Shown: in pieces, positions 12,070-21,713 of the stretch
How the letters are laid out: the number at the start of each line of letters is the position of its first letter
Numbering within the stretch: position 1 is the stretch's first letter
Assembly: GCA_041660165.1 (NCBI GenBank)
Contig: JBAZWW010000003.1
Coordinates: forward strand, 68,352 to 132,351
Direction of reading: 5' to 3'
Length of the DNA stretch: 64,000 bases
Origin: Patescibacteria group bacterium
Lineage (GTDB): Bacteria; Patescibacteriota; Patescibacteriia; UBA9934
Translations under genes and position numbers: made by a program
Notes under the pieces: model-generated
Database searches by the model: none
The model's input: only the letters and a program-made list of their open reading frames with translations
What the model was told of the DNA's origin: nothing

Positions 12070-13302
12070 ATGCGGAAGAGACTCGCCATACTTTTCTTGC
12101 TTGGCGTGTGTTTTCCGTTTCAGGCCCTTGCTTTCACCGGAAGCGTTTTGGCAGATCACGAATACGCTTGGAGCAATAATGTTGGCTACATCAGTTTCCG
12201 CAACGTGGTTATTACGGACAGCTCACTAAGCGGGTATGCCTGGTCCGCGAATAAGGGTTTTATTACGTTCAATCCCGCAAGGGGCGGGGTTCATAATGAC
12301 GGTAAGGGCAACTTATCCGGTTCAGCCTGGGGCGAGCAATTGGGTTGGATTGATTTTAGCGGGGTGGCGATAGATACATTCGGGCAATGGTCAGGGACAG
12401 CCACGGGGGATTTGGTAGGCACAATCACTTTTGATTGTCCGCAGTATTGCGATGTAAATACTGACTGGCGCGAAACAAAAGAGCCAACGTCTAGCAGAGC
12501 GTCCGTTCTCCCCTCGCAAGGGACGCCTACTCGTCTTGATGTAGTGGATCAACCGCTCATCACCGTTCCCGGCGAGTCCGGAAGTTTGACATTCAATACC
12601 CCGGTTGGGCCCGTTATTTTGGACGTCCCGACAAACACCTCATCAGGGCCAATCACGTTTATCATTACGCCCGTGCCATTAACTGCAGACAATAGGTATC
12701 TGGTGATTGGGAACACCGTGCTTGTGAACGGAGAGTTTTATGACCTTACCGCTTCGGATCCCAACGGTAGTCCCGTAGAATCTTTTTTTCCTCCGCTCGC
12801 TATCACGCTCCCGATAGACAGGAAGCTTTTGTCCGTGAATAATTTAGGACTGTATTTTTTTGACGAGTCTAATCAAGAATGGGCGCTTATCCCCGATGCA
12901 ATTTTTGAACCAAATAGCGTTACGGTTCAAATGGATCATTTAGCCCGGCTGGCGATCTTTGGCGGATTGGCTGAGGTGCCAAAACCGCCGGAGTTGCCGT
13001 TGCCAACGGTCATCACGCCGATCGTTCCCGTTACTCCGCCGGCTCCCATCCCAACTGTCCCCTCAAAGCCCGTCCCCACTGCACCGGGCGCAAAACCCAT
13101 TCCAGGAGGGCCATCGGCACCAGCTGGGGGAGTTGTGTCTCCGCCAAGCAGAGGCGAGATTGCGAACATCCCTTCGGTGCTAGCGAACGTCATTCCCGTG
13201 CTCCGGAGAAGCGTGCCTGTAGATATTATTATTGGTCTTGGTCTGAGTTCGCTCGCGCTTCTTTTATTGCTTCCTCGACTATTCAAACTGCTTAGGAAAT
13301 AG
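12070..13302 (+). CDS. secreted repeat protein with a Pro-rich linker and C-terminal membrane anchor
   Basis: Signal peptide; repeated G(Y/S)AWS..KGFI(T/D)F motifs; PxxP-rich region; C-terminal hydrophobic helix plus KLLRK. Confidence 0.5.
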   Translation: MRKRLAILFLLGVCFPFQALAFTGSVLADHEYAWSNNVGYISFRNVVITDSSLSGYAWSANKGFITFNPARGGVHNDGKGNLSGSAWGEQLGWIDFSGVAIDTFGQWSGTATGDLVGTITFDCPQYCDVNTDWRETKEPTSSRASVLPSQGTPTRLDVVDQPLITVPGESGSLTFNTPVGPVILDVPTNTSSGPITFIITPVPLTADNRYLVIGNTVLVNGEFYDLTASDPNGSPVESFFPPLAITLPIDRKLLSVNNLGLYFFDESNQEWALIPDAIFEPNSVTVQMDHLARLAIFGGLAEVPKPPELPLPTVITPIVPVTPPAPIPTVPSKPVPTAPGAKPIPGGPSAPAGGVVSPPSRGEIANIPSVLANVIPVLRRSVPVDIIIGLGLSSLALLLLLPRLFKLLRK

Positions 13303-13343
13303 GTTTTTGCATCTTTTGGCGCCAAGGGTATCATGGTCGCTAT

Positions 13344-13589
13344 ATGACGAATGATCTGAGTGCAATCGCGGGCCTGGGCCTTGGGCTTGGGATAGGGGTC
13401 CTCGTGCTTGTTATCTGGTCTATCTTCTGGAAGGGTTTAGCGCTTTGGCACTCGGCACGCCGGAATGAGCCATGGTGGTTTGTGATTCTTCTCATCGTCA
13501 ACACCGGCGGGATTCTGGAGATTATTTATCTGTTTGCGGTAGCGAAACTAGGGTTCGAGCAGTTATTTGATACAAAAAAGCTCTCGTAA
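13344..13589 (+). CDS. small two-TM membrane protein
   Basis: 81 aa with two hydrophobic helices. Confidence 0.4.
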   Translation: MTNDLSAIAGLGLGLGIGVLVLVIWSIFWKGLALWHSARRNEPWWFVILLIVNTGGILEIIYLFAVAKLGFEQLFDTKKLS

Positions 13590-13773
13590 GTTATGAGGTG
13601 AAATTGCCGAGTTGGGCTGGTTTTCATTGGCGAGCGCACTCGGACTGCCCGCGTATCCCGCTACGAAGGCGTTTTTACAGCAACTATCAACAGATTTGTG
13701 CTAAATATGTTTGACTTGCTTTTGTTAAGCATAGTACACTATGTGTAACAAGTAACTAACACATTTCTTATCT

Positions 13774-15231
13774 ATGGTTAGCGATAAAAGCGTTGAGTTT
13801 TATAAGAAGATTATTCACGCTAATTCTCCGTGGATCCAGGATCCTAGTAGATTGATAGAGCCTGAGGCGTACAGGAGAGAGGCATTTTTTCAAGTGAAGA
13901 AGGAGCTTTCGGCACCGCATGGAAACGCGGTTCTCATAAAAGGACCCCGCCGTGTCGGAAAGACAGAAACACAAAGGCAACTTATTCAAGATCTCGTGCA
14001 AAGTGGAGTTTCGCCAAAGTTTATTCTCTACCTTTCTTTTGATGATTTACAGATTATTTCTGAACGTCCAGATGATAGAGCGAGGACCGTTCAGCATATT
14101 CTTGATGCTTGGGCAGAGATACTTGGTTTTGACATGTACGATGAGATTGCTGTTCCCGCCTATTGTTTTTTTGATGAGGTGCAAGAGGTGAAGGATTGGG
14201 CGCATCTTGTGAAGAATCGTATTGAAAGAAACCATCATGTTCGAATTGTACTATCCGGTTCAGCAGCTCACTCTATTTTTGAAAAGGCTCTCAAAATATT
14301 ACTTGGGAGAGTCATTGACGTTAAACTCGCCCCTTTTTCATTTCGGGAATATCTTGAGATGAATAAATATATCTCCCAAGAAACGCTCGCCGGAGTTCGC
14401 CAGGTACAGTTAGATTTTGAGCGAGGGTTAAACCCGGTGAATTTGTATAACGACCTGAAGACAGCCACAATGAGCTGTGATGCAACGAAGATCCGTACGT
14501 ATATTTCCGAATTCCTTCTGAAGGGCGGGTTTCCACAGCTATGGAAGATGGATCAGTATAGACAGCTCGAGACAGCGCAATTCATGGATGATAATTATGT
14601 GAAAAAGGTAACGCTTGAGGATCTCATGCTCTTACAGTCTATTAAGAAGCCGGAACTGTACGAAAGACTTCTACGGCACTTGTTTGCTAGGCCGGGACAG
14701 GAATATAGCCAACAGAAGGTGGCTGTCGAGCTTGGTACAACGACGGTCACTTTGGCAGAGGGCATGCGTCTCCTTGAGCAGACAGATCTGCTTATCTTTG
14801 TTGAGAAGTTTTCCTTAAGAGCTGAGCCACTGAAACGGAGAAATATAAAGGTTTATCCTGTCGATTTAATGCTCACGACAGCTATGACAAAAGTAATTCC
14901 GCAACTCGAAACCTTAGAAAAGGGGATGATTGCAGAATCCCTTGTTGCTCAAACTACGCACCGTTTAAAAAATCTTAGTGCTTTGGCTTTCATGCAGTCG
15001 GATGATGTAAGGTTTGCTGGCGAGATTGATTTCTATTTGCGTGCAGATATGCACGATTGTCCTGTGGAGGTGAAGTACCAAACAGATATCCGAGGTCAGG
15101 ACATTGCGGCCCTGAAGCGCGTGGTCGGCGAAAGAGGGCTTATTGGCGGAATTCTTGTAACTGTTGATGAGTGGCATGTCTCGCAGAATATATACTCCAT
15201 TCCCTTATGGGCATTTATGCTTTTGGCATAA
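13774..15231 (+). CDS. AAA+ ATPase (AAA_14/DUF4143 family)
   Basis: Walker A GPRRVGKT, Walker B FFDEVQ, C-terminal DUF4143-like region. Confidence 0.7.
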   Translation: MVSDKSVEFYKKIIHANSPWIQDPSRLIEPEAYRREAFFQVKKELSAPHGNAVLIKGPRRVGKTETQRQLIQDLVQSGVSPKFILYLSFDDLQIISERPDDRARTVQHILDAWAEILGFDMYDEIAVPAYCFFDEVQEVKDWAHLVKNRIERNHHVRIVLSGSAAHSIFEKALKILLGRVIDVKLAPFSFREYLEMNKYISQETLAGVRQVQLDFERGLNPVNLYNDLKTATMSCDATKIRTYISEFLLKGGFPQLWKMDQYRQLETAQFMDDNYVKKVTLEDLMLLQSIKKPELYERLLRHLFARPGQEYSQQKVAVELGTTTVTLAEGMRLLEQTDLLIFVEKFSLRAEPLKRRNIKVYPVDLMLTTAMTKVIPQLETLEKGMIAESLVAQTTHRLKNLSALAFMQSDDVRFAGEIDFYLRADMHDCPVEVKYQTDIRGQDIAALKRVVGERGLIGGILVTVDEWHVSQNIYSIPLWAFMLLA

Positions 15232-15251
15232 GTGCAGGAATAATCAACAGT

Positions 15252-15854
15252 ATGATCGAAGTAGAAAAGAAATTTCTGTTGAGCGAAAGTGATGAGGCCC
15301 GCCTTTTAGAGGGTGCAGAGTTTTTGAGCGAGAAATCCTTTACGGACATCTATTATGATAGAGCGGACTACGCCCTGTCCGTGCAGGATAAGTGGCTGAG
15401 GGCCAGGGATGGGAAGTTCGAGCTAAAGGTGGCTATATCTTCGAGTACCGAGAGGCTTGTAGATCAGTATGATGAGCTTGAGGACGAGGCGAAAATCCGC
15501 GAAGCCCTCCATCTCGATGTGGTCGGAAGTTTTATCGAGGACATTGCGCGGGCTGGATACTCGCCCTTTTGTACGTGTAAGACGACCAGACGAAAATACT
15601 CGAAAGACGGTTTCATCATTGACCTTGATAGCGTTGATTTTGGCGATTTCACCTATAAGATTGGCGAGATCGAGCTTATGGTGGACGAGAAATCGCAAAT
15701 TGACGGCGCGATTGAGAAAATTTTTGCCTTTGCCAAAGAACATGGCCTGGCCATTGCCCCCGTGCGCGGAAAAGTCAGGGAATATCTTGAAAGAAAGCGT
15801 CCAGAACACTATCAAGCACTCATTACCGCCGGGATTATTGCCCCACTGCCATAA
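15252..15854 (+). CDS. CYTH domain protein (triphosphate tunnel metalloenzyme / class IV adenylate-cyclase-like)
   Basis: Start reassigned to MIEVEKKFLL (the CYTH EIERKF-like start); the gene sits directly downstream of the AAA ATPase. Confidence 0.6.
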   Translation: MIEVEKKFLLSESDEARLLEGAEFLSEKSFTDIYYDRADYALSVQDKWLRARDGKFELKVAISSSTERLVDQYDELEDEAKIREALHLDVVGSFIEDIARAGYSPFCTCKTTRRKYSKDGFIIDLDSVDFGDFTYKIGEIELMVDEKSQIDGAIEKIFAFAKEHGLAIAPVRGKVREYLERKRPEHYQALITAGIIAPLP

Positions 15855-16731
15855 GTACGTCGCCTTTTTTGGCGCGGAGCGTTTCTTTCCACCAGAGCGG
15901 AGTGCCGGAGGCGGGGGAGCGGAGGGTTGAGGATTTTCGGTTGTGCAGTTTCTGAAAGATACCAACCATGTCGCCCTTTTTGAACGAGTTTTGGACGGGC
16001 AGGCTTGGCCTCCATAGCCCGTTTGTGGGCGCGAGTAGATAGCGGACGCCTGTGAAAATAGTGGGGCTCGATAGTCTCTTTGGTTGAGCGTCAGTAAGCA
16101 TGCCAAGCACGCGCATGGTGGATTCGGCCCAGGAAATATGGCGGGCAATTGACGCCTCATCACGGTTTCCGCGCTCGCCAGACTCTGCCAAGATATACGC
16201 CGTGCCTGCACGAGCAAGTTTTTCAGCCTTCGAGTTTCGGCGAGCGCGCTCGATGACTACCCGCTCGGCGTCAAGGGAATGGACGAGTGTTTGCGTAAAC
16301 TCGTCTACGCTTGGCGTCCCCGTTTGATAGAGCGAAACAAATGGCCGGAGCCCTTCCGTAATGGCGCCGGCGTGCAGATCGTGCCAAACGTCGGCCTGTG
16401 AGATATAATTACTCGATAACCAATGCATTAAACGCTCAGTTGATGAGCCGTCGGCCTTTCCCGGGAATATGTACTTTGGAAATTTGCCGTCAAGAGGATT
16501 TTGACTGCACTCGCCTTCAAATCCCGGTATATTAACGATAGGAATGATAATGAGCCTTCCCTCAAATTGGCCGTTGCGGTACTTTTCCGCTAGTTGGTAG
16601 CCCGCTTCAATCCCGGCATACTCGTCCCCATCCATCCCGCCCGTGATTAGCAGGGTTTTCCCGGGCCGTTGTCCCCGAATTTCATGAACAGGAATGCGGA
16701 CAATGGCGTCCCCAAGGTTTACGCGAAGCAT
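15835..16731 (-). CDS. succinylglutamate desuccinylase/aspartoacylase (AstE/AspA) family zinc hydrolase
   Basis: ITGGMDGDEYAG and DLHAG motifs typical of the M14-like AstE_AspA fold. Confidence 0.65.
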   Translation of the reverse strand: MLRVNLGDAIVRIPVHEIRGQRPGKTLLITGGMDGDEYAGIEAGYQLAEKYRNGQFEGRLIIIPIVNIPGFEGECSQNPLDGKFPKYIFPGKADGSSTERLMHWLSSNYISQADVWHDLHAGAITEGLRPFVSLYQTGTPSVDEFTQTLVHSLDAERVVIERARRNSKAEKLARAGTAYILAESGERGNRDEASIARHISWAESTMRVLGMLTDAQPKRLSSPTIFTGVRYLLAPTNGLWRPSLPVQNSFKKGDMVGIFQKLHNRKSSTLRSPASGTPLWWKETLRAKKGDVLMAVGQ

Positions 16732-16760
16732 AGTATTTCTACTGTAACATATATCCCGTT

Positions 16761-18188
16761 ATGGATGATCATCTCCAGGAATTACACGTTTTGGCGGGGT
16801 CATTGGCGGAAAAGATGCATGTTTTTCGGCGCGCCATTGAAAGGAATCCCAGTTTCTCTCGTGCGGGGGCGCGGGCCAGCGTGCTTGCAGTTCTTGATGT
16901 CCTCGAGCGCGAAGTTATCAGTGTGTTTGCGGAGAATGCTGATGTTGCCGACAGCGCATCTCGCTTGCGGAGCCTCCAGGGGATGGTTGGTGCCATTTGT
17001 GCGTCGCTCGACTGGCAATCGCCGTCATTTCTTCATGCGCTTCAGAGCGAAGCCGGCCTGCAGACCGGAAGAATCCAGGGCACTATTAACGACTATAAGC
17101 GCGACCATCATTTGGATTCTGCGGACTACGAAAAAAGGTTTATCCGCGAATATGTTGATAGAAAAACCCCGCTTCCCGTGCGGGCCCATCTGACAGTCAG
17201 CGGGATGTCCGCCCTCGCCACTATTGTAAATTCGCTCCAGATGTACGGCGTGCTTCCCGGACCCATTCTTCTTGGGTGCTCTTCATACTTTGAAAATAAG
17301 ATGATCATTCACCGGCTGTTTCCAGGGCAGGTGGTTGAGGTGGATGAGGAGGACACGGAAGGGCTGATTGAGGCCGTCCGCCTGCACAAGCCGAAGGTAA
17401 TCTTTTTGGATTCGCTTTGTAACGCGCAAACGCTGGCCATGCCAGACCTGGCCCGGCTCATGCCCGCGCTGGCGAAGCTCGTCACCGAGGACACGTATTT
17501 GGTGCTTGATAACAGCGGGCTTGGGCCATCATGCCAACCGCTCCGTTTCATGCCCGCCGTGCCTACTCGTTTTCGGCTGGTAGTGTTTGAAAGCCTGAAC
17601 AAGCATCATCAGTTTGGCCTGGACAGGGTAACGGGCGGGGTTATTTGGACGCAGGAAATTTATTTCGGCTGGTTGAGCGGTGCCTGCATCCATTTGGGCA
17701 CGCAAATGCCGGATGTTTCAGTTCTCTCTCTCCCCACGCCCAACCGCGCGCTTTTGGATGCCCGTCTTGCGCTCATTGGCCGTAACGCGCAGGCCTTGGC
17801 CGAGGCGCTGGACACGCACGTACGTTCCCGTCCGCGTTCGCCCTTTGCCCGCGTAGCCTATCCGGGCCTGCCCGCGCATCCTTCATACGCCTGGGCGCGT
17901 GAACGTTCCTTTCATGGCGCCAGCTTAATCCCCATTTTTAAGGATGATCGGCAGGCTGTTAGATTATCAAAGATATTTCTTAGTCGAGCAATCAAAGAAG
18001 CCCGGAGTGCACACATTGATCTCACCGCCGGCACAAGTTTTGGTCTTGATACCACCCGCGTCTATTTAACTGCGCTCCACGCAAGCAAAGTGACCACGCC
18101 TTTCCTGCGCATCTCCGCCGGAACCGAGTCTCCTCAACAACTCGCCGTTTTGATCGAAGTCTTTAAGCGAGCCATGGATGCGCTGTAG
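16761..18188 (+). CDS. PLP-dependent Cys/Met-metabolism family enzyme (cystathionine gamma-synthase-like) with an N-terminal extension
   Basis: S-x-x-K PLP-lysine motif ESLNKHHQFGLD; Cys_Met_Meta_PP-like architecture; locally elevated GC. Confidence 0.6.
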   Translation: MDDHLQELHVLAGSLAEKMHVFRRAIERNPSFSRAGARASVLAVLDVLEREVISVFAENADVADSASRLRSLQGMVGAICASLDWQSPSFLHALQSEAGLQTGRIQGTINDYKRDHHLDSADYEKRFIREYVDRKTPLPVRAHLTVSGMSALATIVNSLQMYGVLPGPILLGCSSYFENKMIIHRLFPGQVVEVDEEDTEGLIEAVRLHKPKVIFLDSLCNAQTLAMPDLARLMPALAKLVTEDTYLVLDNSGLGPSCQPLRFMPAVPTRFRLVVFESLNKHHQFGLDRVTGGVIWTQEIYFGWLSGACIHLGTQMPDVSVLSLPTPNRALLDARLALIGRNAQALAEALDTHVRSRPRSPFARVAYPGLPAHPSYAWARERSFHGASLIPIFKDDRQAVRLSKIFLSRAIKEARSAHIDLTAGTSFGLDTTRVYLTALHASKVTTPFLRISAGTESPQQLAVLIEVFKRAMDAL

Positions 18189-18207
18189 CAATGCCGGCCC
18201 GAGTTGT

Positions 18208-18495
18208 TTAGCTTTGTTGCATGTATTCGACAACAATGGAGACTATTTCCTTAACCGTTGGAGAACAGTGTTTGAATTGAAGCCGATCAAGGATTTCTGA
18301 CCCGTATTTACGGAGGACGTCACTGATAAGTGCATGGATGAACGATTGCGTAGTTGAATCAACGCCCTCAAAGTTAAGGACAACGGTCTGTTGTTCTTGG
18401 AGCGCGGGGAGAATTTCGTTTAATCGGATATCACGGGCGGTATCCTTATTTTCAGCAAAGCTTCCGACTTTTGGGAGGAGGAGTATTTCTATCAT
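18208..18495 (-). CDS. STAS-like DUF4325 domain protein
   Basis: 95 aa; a similar protein occurs at 21408; translationally coupled to the upstream GHKL ATPase (4-bp overlap). Confidence 0.5.
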   Translation of the reverse strand: MIEILLLPKVGSFAENKDTARDIRLNEILPALQEQQTVVLNFEGVDSTTQSFIHALISDVLRKYGSEILDRLQFKHCSPTVKEIVSIVVEYMQQS

Positions 18496-19457
18496 ATGAA
18501 TTGGGGTTTGCGATATTTGGTGCGTTTACGCTCAGCCAGAGCCTTGGCATACGTGTCTCGGATAAGATCAAGCAGTTGAGAAAATTCCTTTGTTGTATCA
18601 AGCGAAATATCAAACCCCACTACGGTACCCTGCCAATAGGGAAGCATCGTTTTTTTTGAGTGCCGATCAGCAAAAGGATCGGCGTGCAACATGACTTTTG
18701 CAGTCGTGGCAAGGGGCTTGAGAAGCTTGTACATGGCGCTACCGCTATATATGACGAAGTGATTACGGTTCACTGTGGCGATGGATTTTGTAAAAAACAG
18801 TCCTGCTCCGGCATTTTGTTCAGTTCCACCCTCTCTTTTTGTTGTTCCAGTGATTCCCGGCATGAGTGCAAGCTGGAGCGCCTCAAGATCATTTTTTGCA
18901 TCATATGAGTGATTGATGGATGAGAGGACGCCAATGCCCGTATCTGCAATGCCAATGCCGATACGGTTGCTTTTCCTATAATACTGAGCGCAGATAAATG
19001 CGCCCTCTGGTGTATGTGCGTGTTCAAGAACATTGCGTACAATTTCGCTTACGACATACTTAATTGGCTCTGCATGCTTTTTATCAAGATGGAGTAGGGG
19101 AACCATGTCGGTGATGAATCGGGAGAGGTCCTCTGAACTAGTAATTTTTTGGAGAGGGATGAATCTTCCGGCGGATTCATGCTCGGTAACGGGATGCTTT
19201 GGGTTAACCCCTAAAAATGTAAAGAGTCCCATCCGTTCAAGGTGATGAGCTGAGGCCGCGGTAAATGGGGCCGTATGGATATTCTGTTTTTGGACGGTGG
19301 CACTCAGTGCCGCCATCATGGCGATGATCGCCGGATGGATGCTTATCCAGCTTGGATGGGCAGTAATGAAGAGTTCTTGGGGGTTTGAAAAATCACACTT
19401 TTTTAAGAAGGCGTCAAAAGTTCCCAGAAAAGCACTGTTTGGCAGGTGGATTTTCAC
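18492..19457 (-). CDS. GHKL (HATPase_c-like) ATPase
   Basis: Bergerat motifs EIVRNVLEHA, IADTGIGV and GAGLFFTKS. Confidence 0.6.
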   Translation of the reverse strand: MKIHLPNSAFLGTFDAFLKKCDFSNPQELFITAHPSWISIHPAIIAMMAALSATVQKQNIHTAPFTAASAHHLERMGLFTFLGVNPKHPVTEHESAGRFIPLQKITSSEDLSRFITDMVPLLHLDKKHAEPIKYVVSEIVRNVLEHAHTPEGAFICAQYYRKSNRIGIGIADTGIGVLSSINHSYDAKNDLEALQLALMPGITGTTKREGGTEQNAGAGLFFTKSIATVNRNHFVIYSGSAMYKLLKPLATTAKVMLHADPFADRHSKKTMLPYWQGTVVGFDISLDTTKEFSQLLDLIRDTYAKALAERKRTKYRKPQFI

Positions 19458-19603
19458 TGGCTCATTTTACCGGGATTCCCGGTATATTGTCAATTATTGT
19501 ATATCCCGGTGATTACTAGCCAAGATTTGGCAGTATTAGTGTTATTTCACCTTTAACCGGGAAACACTAGTTGGAAGGCCATGTATTGTGTATATTGGCC
19601 GAT

Positions 19604-20257
19604 ATGAAAGTACGAATCTGGAAGATTCTCGGCGCTGGCGTTTTTCTGTTTGTTGTAGGCCTCGCGCTCGGTTTTACTGCGGGGGCTTTTCGATTTGCGA
19701 AGACGATCACCCCTTCGGTGGCAGTTACCGGCACGGAATGGCGAGCTCGCGATGAGTTTGCACGCGATGCTGAGCCTGATTGGCGAACGCTGACTCTCAA
19801 TGGCTTTAGCCTGGCTCTTCCGTACTCGCCGGGCTGGTCTGTCTCGACGGTCGGTTTGTCAGTCTATGACCAGAGCGAGAATCTGAGCGACTCGCAATCC
19901 GATTCGATCACTTTTGGCCGGCCAGTAGACTTTGGGATGTCTATTTCTCGTCAGTACGGTCTGTCCCAAATGCCAAAAGAGAATCTTTTACAGGACCCTC
20001 GCGGTTTTGATCTTTGGAGCAGATTTAGCGAAGGCTGTCTCGGTCATCCTTTTGCGGAGCGCGAGCTAGTGGGTACGATTAACGGCATAAAATATTTAGT
20101 AGGCGGGGCCAAGGGATGTAATTTGGATTTCATTTTCAATGTTGGCGAGCATACCTACGATCTCTCGCAAAGCGTTGATTTTGGCGAGGTACCGCCGGAA
20201 GTAATTAGCGATGAAATGGCCAGGATTATCAAAAGCGTAACGGAACCAGAAGCATAG
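19604..20257 (+). CDS. hypothetical membrane-anchored or secreted protein
   Basis: Start at MKVRIWKIL followed by a TM helix; no recognisable domain. Confidence 0.4.
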   Translation: MKVRIWKILGAGVFLFVVGLALGFTAGAFRFAKTITPSVAVTGTEWRARDEFARDAEPDWRTLTLNGFSLALPYSPGWSVSTVGLSVYDQSENLSDSQSDSITFGRPVDFGMSISRQYGLSQMPKENLLQDPRGFDLWSRFSEGCLGHPFAERELVGTINGIKYLVGGAKGCNLDFIFNVGEHTYDLSQSVDFGEVPPEVISDEMARIIKSVTEPEA

Positions 20258-20278
20258 AGAATGCCCAACAACCCATCC

Positions 20279-20569
20279 TTACTTTTTCCCTTTTAGTCGT
20301 TCTTGCCAGGTGGGAATCCCTCGCCAAAGCGCTTGCCATTTGCCAAGGATGCCGGGCAATGGTTTGCGCAGAAACATGGCTAAGCATGAAATGATGAGAA
20401 TGAGGAAAATGCCAAGTTCTAGGACTCCATCCACAGTGGCTTGCGGATAGCCCCGGCTGTCCATGATATTGCCTATGACGCCCAGAGCCACGCAGGCGAG
20501 AATGATGGGCAAAGCAAAGCCAAAGGTCTTTCCCAGGCGCCTTTTATAAAAATTTCCAAGTGAGTTCAT
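20279..20569 (-). CDS. small membrane protein
   Basis: 96 aa, two TM helices. Confidence 0.35.
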   Translation of the reverse strand: MNSLGNFYKRRLGKTFGFALPIILACVALGVIGNIMDSRGYPQATVDGVLELGIFLILIISCLAMFLRKPLPGILGKWQALWRGIPTWQERLKGKK

Positions 20570-20610
20570 AGGTCTTTAGTATAGCGTGTGAAATGCCGGT
20601 GACGGGGTAC

Positions 20611-20640
20611 TTGACAACATGTATAGTTTTGTATACATTA
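20611..20640 (+). promoter_or_regulatory. candidate promoter (TTGACA -35) overlapping a 7-bp inverted repeat ATGTATA-n6-TATACAT (operator candidate)
   Basis: TTGACA at 20611-20616; perfect IR at 20619-20638, about 35 bp upstream of the HTH-GHKL gene. Confidence 0.4.
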
Positions 20641-20670
20641 TAGTATATAAGCTATACAAAGCTGTACAGT

Positions 20671-21399
20671 ATGTCAGATCAGGATTTTCTCTCGATCACA
20701 GAGGCCGCAAAGTCACTGGGGGTAGATAAACAAACATTACGCCGGTGGGATACGGCGGGGTCTTTGCGTCCTGATTTCCGATCTCCCGGAGGACATAGGA
20801 AATACAAGCGAGAAACGATTGATGCGTTTGCCACGGATCAGGCATCAGTGGCCGAACAATGGGCCTCATCAGAGTGTGGCGTATTGCCAAAAGCAAACTC
20901 CTATTGTGAAAATAGCGGCACATTTCAAGTCCGTCTCCACCGGCTTGAGGGCGAGCTTGTTGATCTGCTCGGCGACCTAAACTTTTCCGCCTTGATTACT
21001 GCAGTGGCAGGGGAGATTGGCAACAATTCATTTGATCATAACCACGGAAACTGGCCTGATGTCAGGGGGATTTTCTTTTCTGCGGATCTTCAAAAAAGAC
21101 AGATCGTGCTTGCAGATCGCGGGCAAGGAATCCTGGCCTCACTAAAAAGAGTTAGGCCGGAGCTTGAGGATCACAAACAGGCATTGAAAGTCGCATTCAC
21201 GGAGATTATTTCCGGCAGGGCGCCAGAACCAAGGGGGAATGGATTGAAATTTGTGTATGCCGTAGTGAGAGATAATCCTCTGCATCTTCTTTTTCAGTCC
21301 GGGGATGCCAGAGTAAACCTCAGCAAGGATTCGCCGGAGCTTGTTATTGGCCGTGCTCCGAAAAGTATTCGTGGAACATTTGCCGTGATAAAGTACTAA
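20671..21399 (+). CDS. MerR-type HTH fused to a GHKL (HATPase_c-like) ATPase
   Basis: N-terminus LSITEAAKSLGVDKQTLRRWD (MerR/excisionase-like HTH); C-terminus EIGNNSFDH, LADRGQGI, GNGLKFV (GHKL motifs). Confidence 0.6.
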   Translation: MSDQDFLSITEAAKSLGVDKQTLRRWDTAGSLRPDFRSPGGHRKYKRETIDAFATDQASVAEQWASSECGVLPKANSYCENSGTFQVRLHRLEGELVDLLGDLNFSALITAVAGEIGNNSFDHNHGNWPDVRGIFFSADLQKRQIVLADRGQGILASLKRVRPELEDHKQALKVAFTEIISGRAPEPRGNGLKFVYAVVRDNPLHLLFQSGDARVNLSKDSPELVIGRAPKSIRGTFAVIKY

Positions 21400-21407
21400 A
21401 TAATTTT

Positions 21408-21701
21408 ATGATTATTGCGCTGAAAAAGTTTGGAACAACACTGACGTCGCGACAAGGCGGGAAAGAGGCTTTCTCCGCCTTCCTGCCCATTTTGCGCGAA
21501 GTGAACGGTAGTGAGGACATTCTTGTCGATTTTGATGGCGTCATCACCTTCACCCCATCTTGGGGGGATGAATTTTTGCGCCCGCTCTTTGATATGTTTC
21601 CTGGCCGTGTACTCCTCAAGCAGACTGACAATGCCTCCGTTTTAGCTACTCTCAAGATGCTCGAGCGGGTATATAGCAGGCCTTTGCCGTTTGGATCGTG
21701 A
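21408..21701 (+). CDS. STAS-like DUF4325 domain protein
   Basis: 97 aa, similar to the protein at 18208; lies 8 bp after the GHKL gene. Confidence 0.5.
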   Translation: MIIALKKFGTTLTSRQGGKEAFSAFLPILREVNGSEDILVDFDGVITFTPSWGDEFLRPLFDMFPGRVLLKQTDNASVLATLKMLERVYSRPLPFGS

Positions 21702-21713
21702 AAGCACCTTTTG

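Noticed and set aside
13590-13770. Intergenic hairpin (CCGAGT…ACTCGG) considered as a possible ncRNA
   Set aside because: It is a single weak stem with a large loop and has no second copy or conserved motif. It is probably just a terminator/promoter region.
15423-16217. A 264-aa minus-strand ORF
   Set aside because: It overlaps, out of frame, both the CYTH gene and the AstE/AspA gene, and its sequence is low-complexity.
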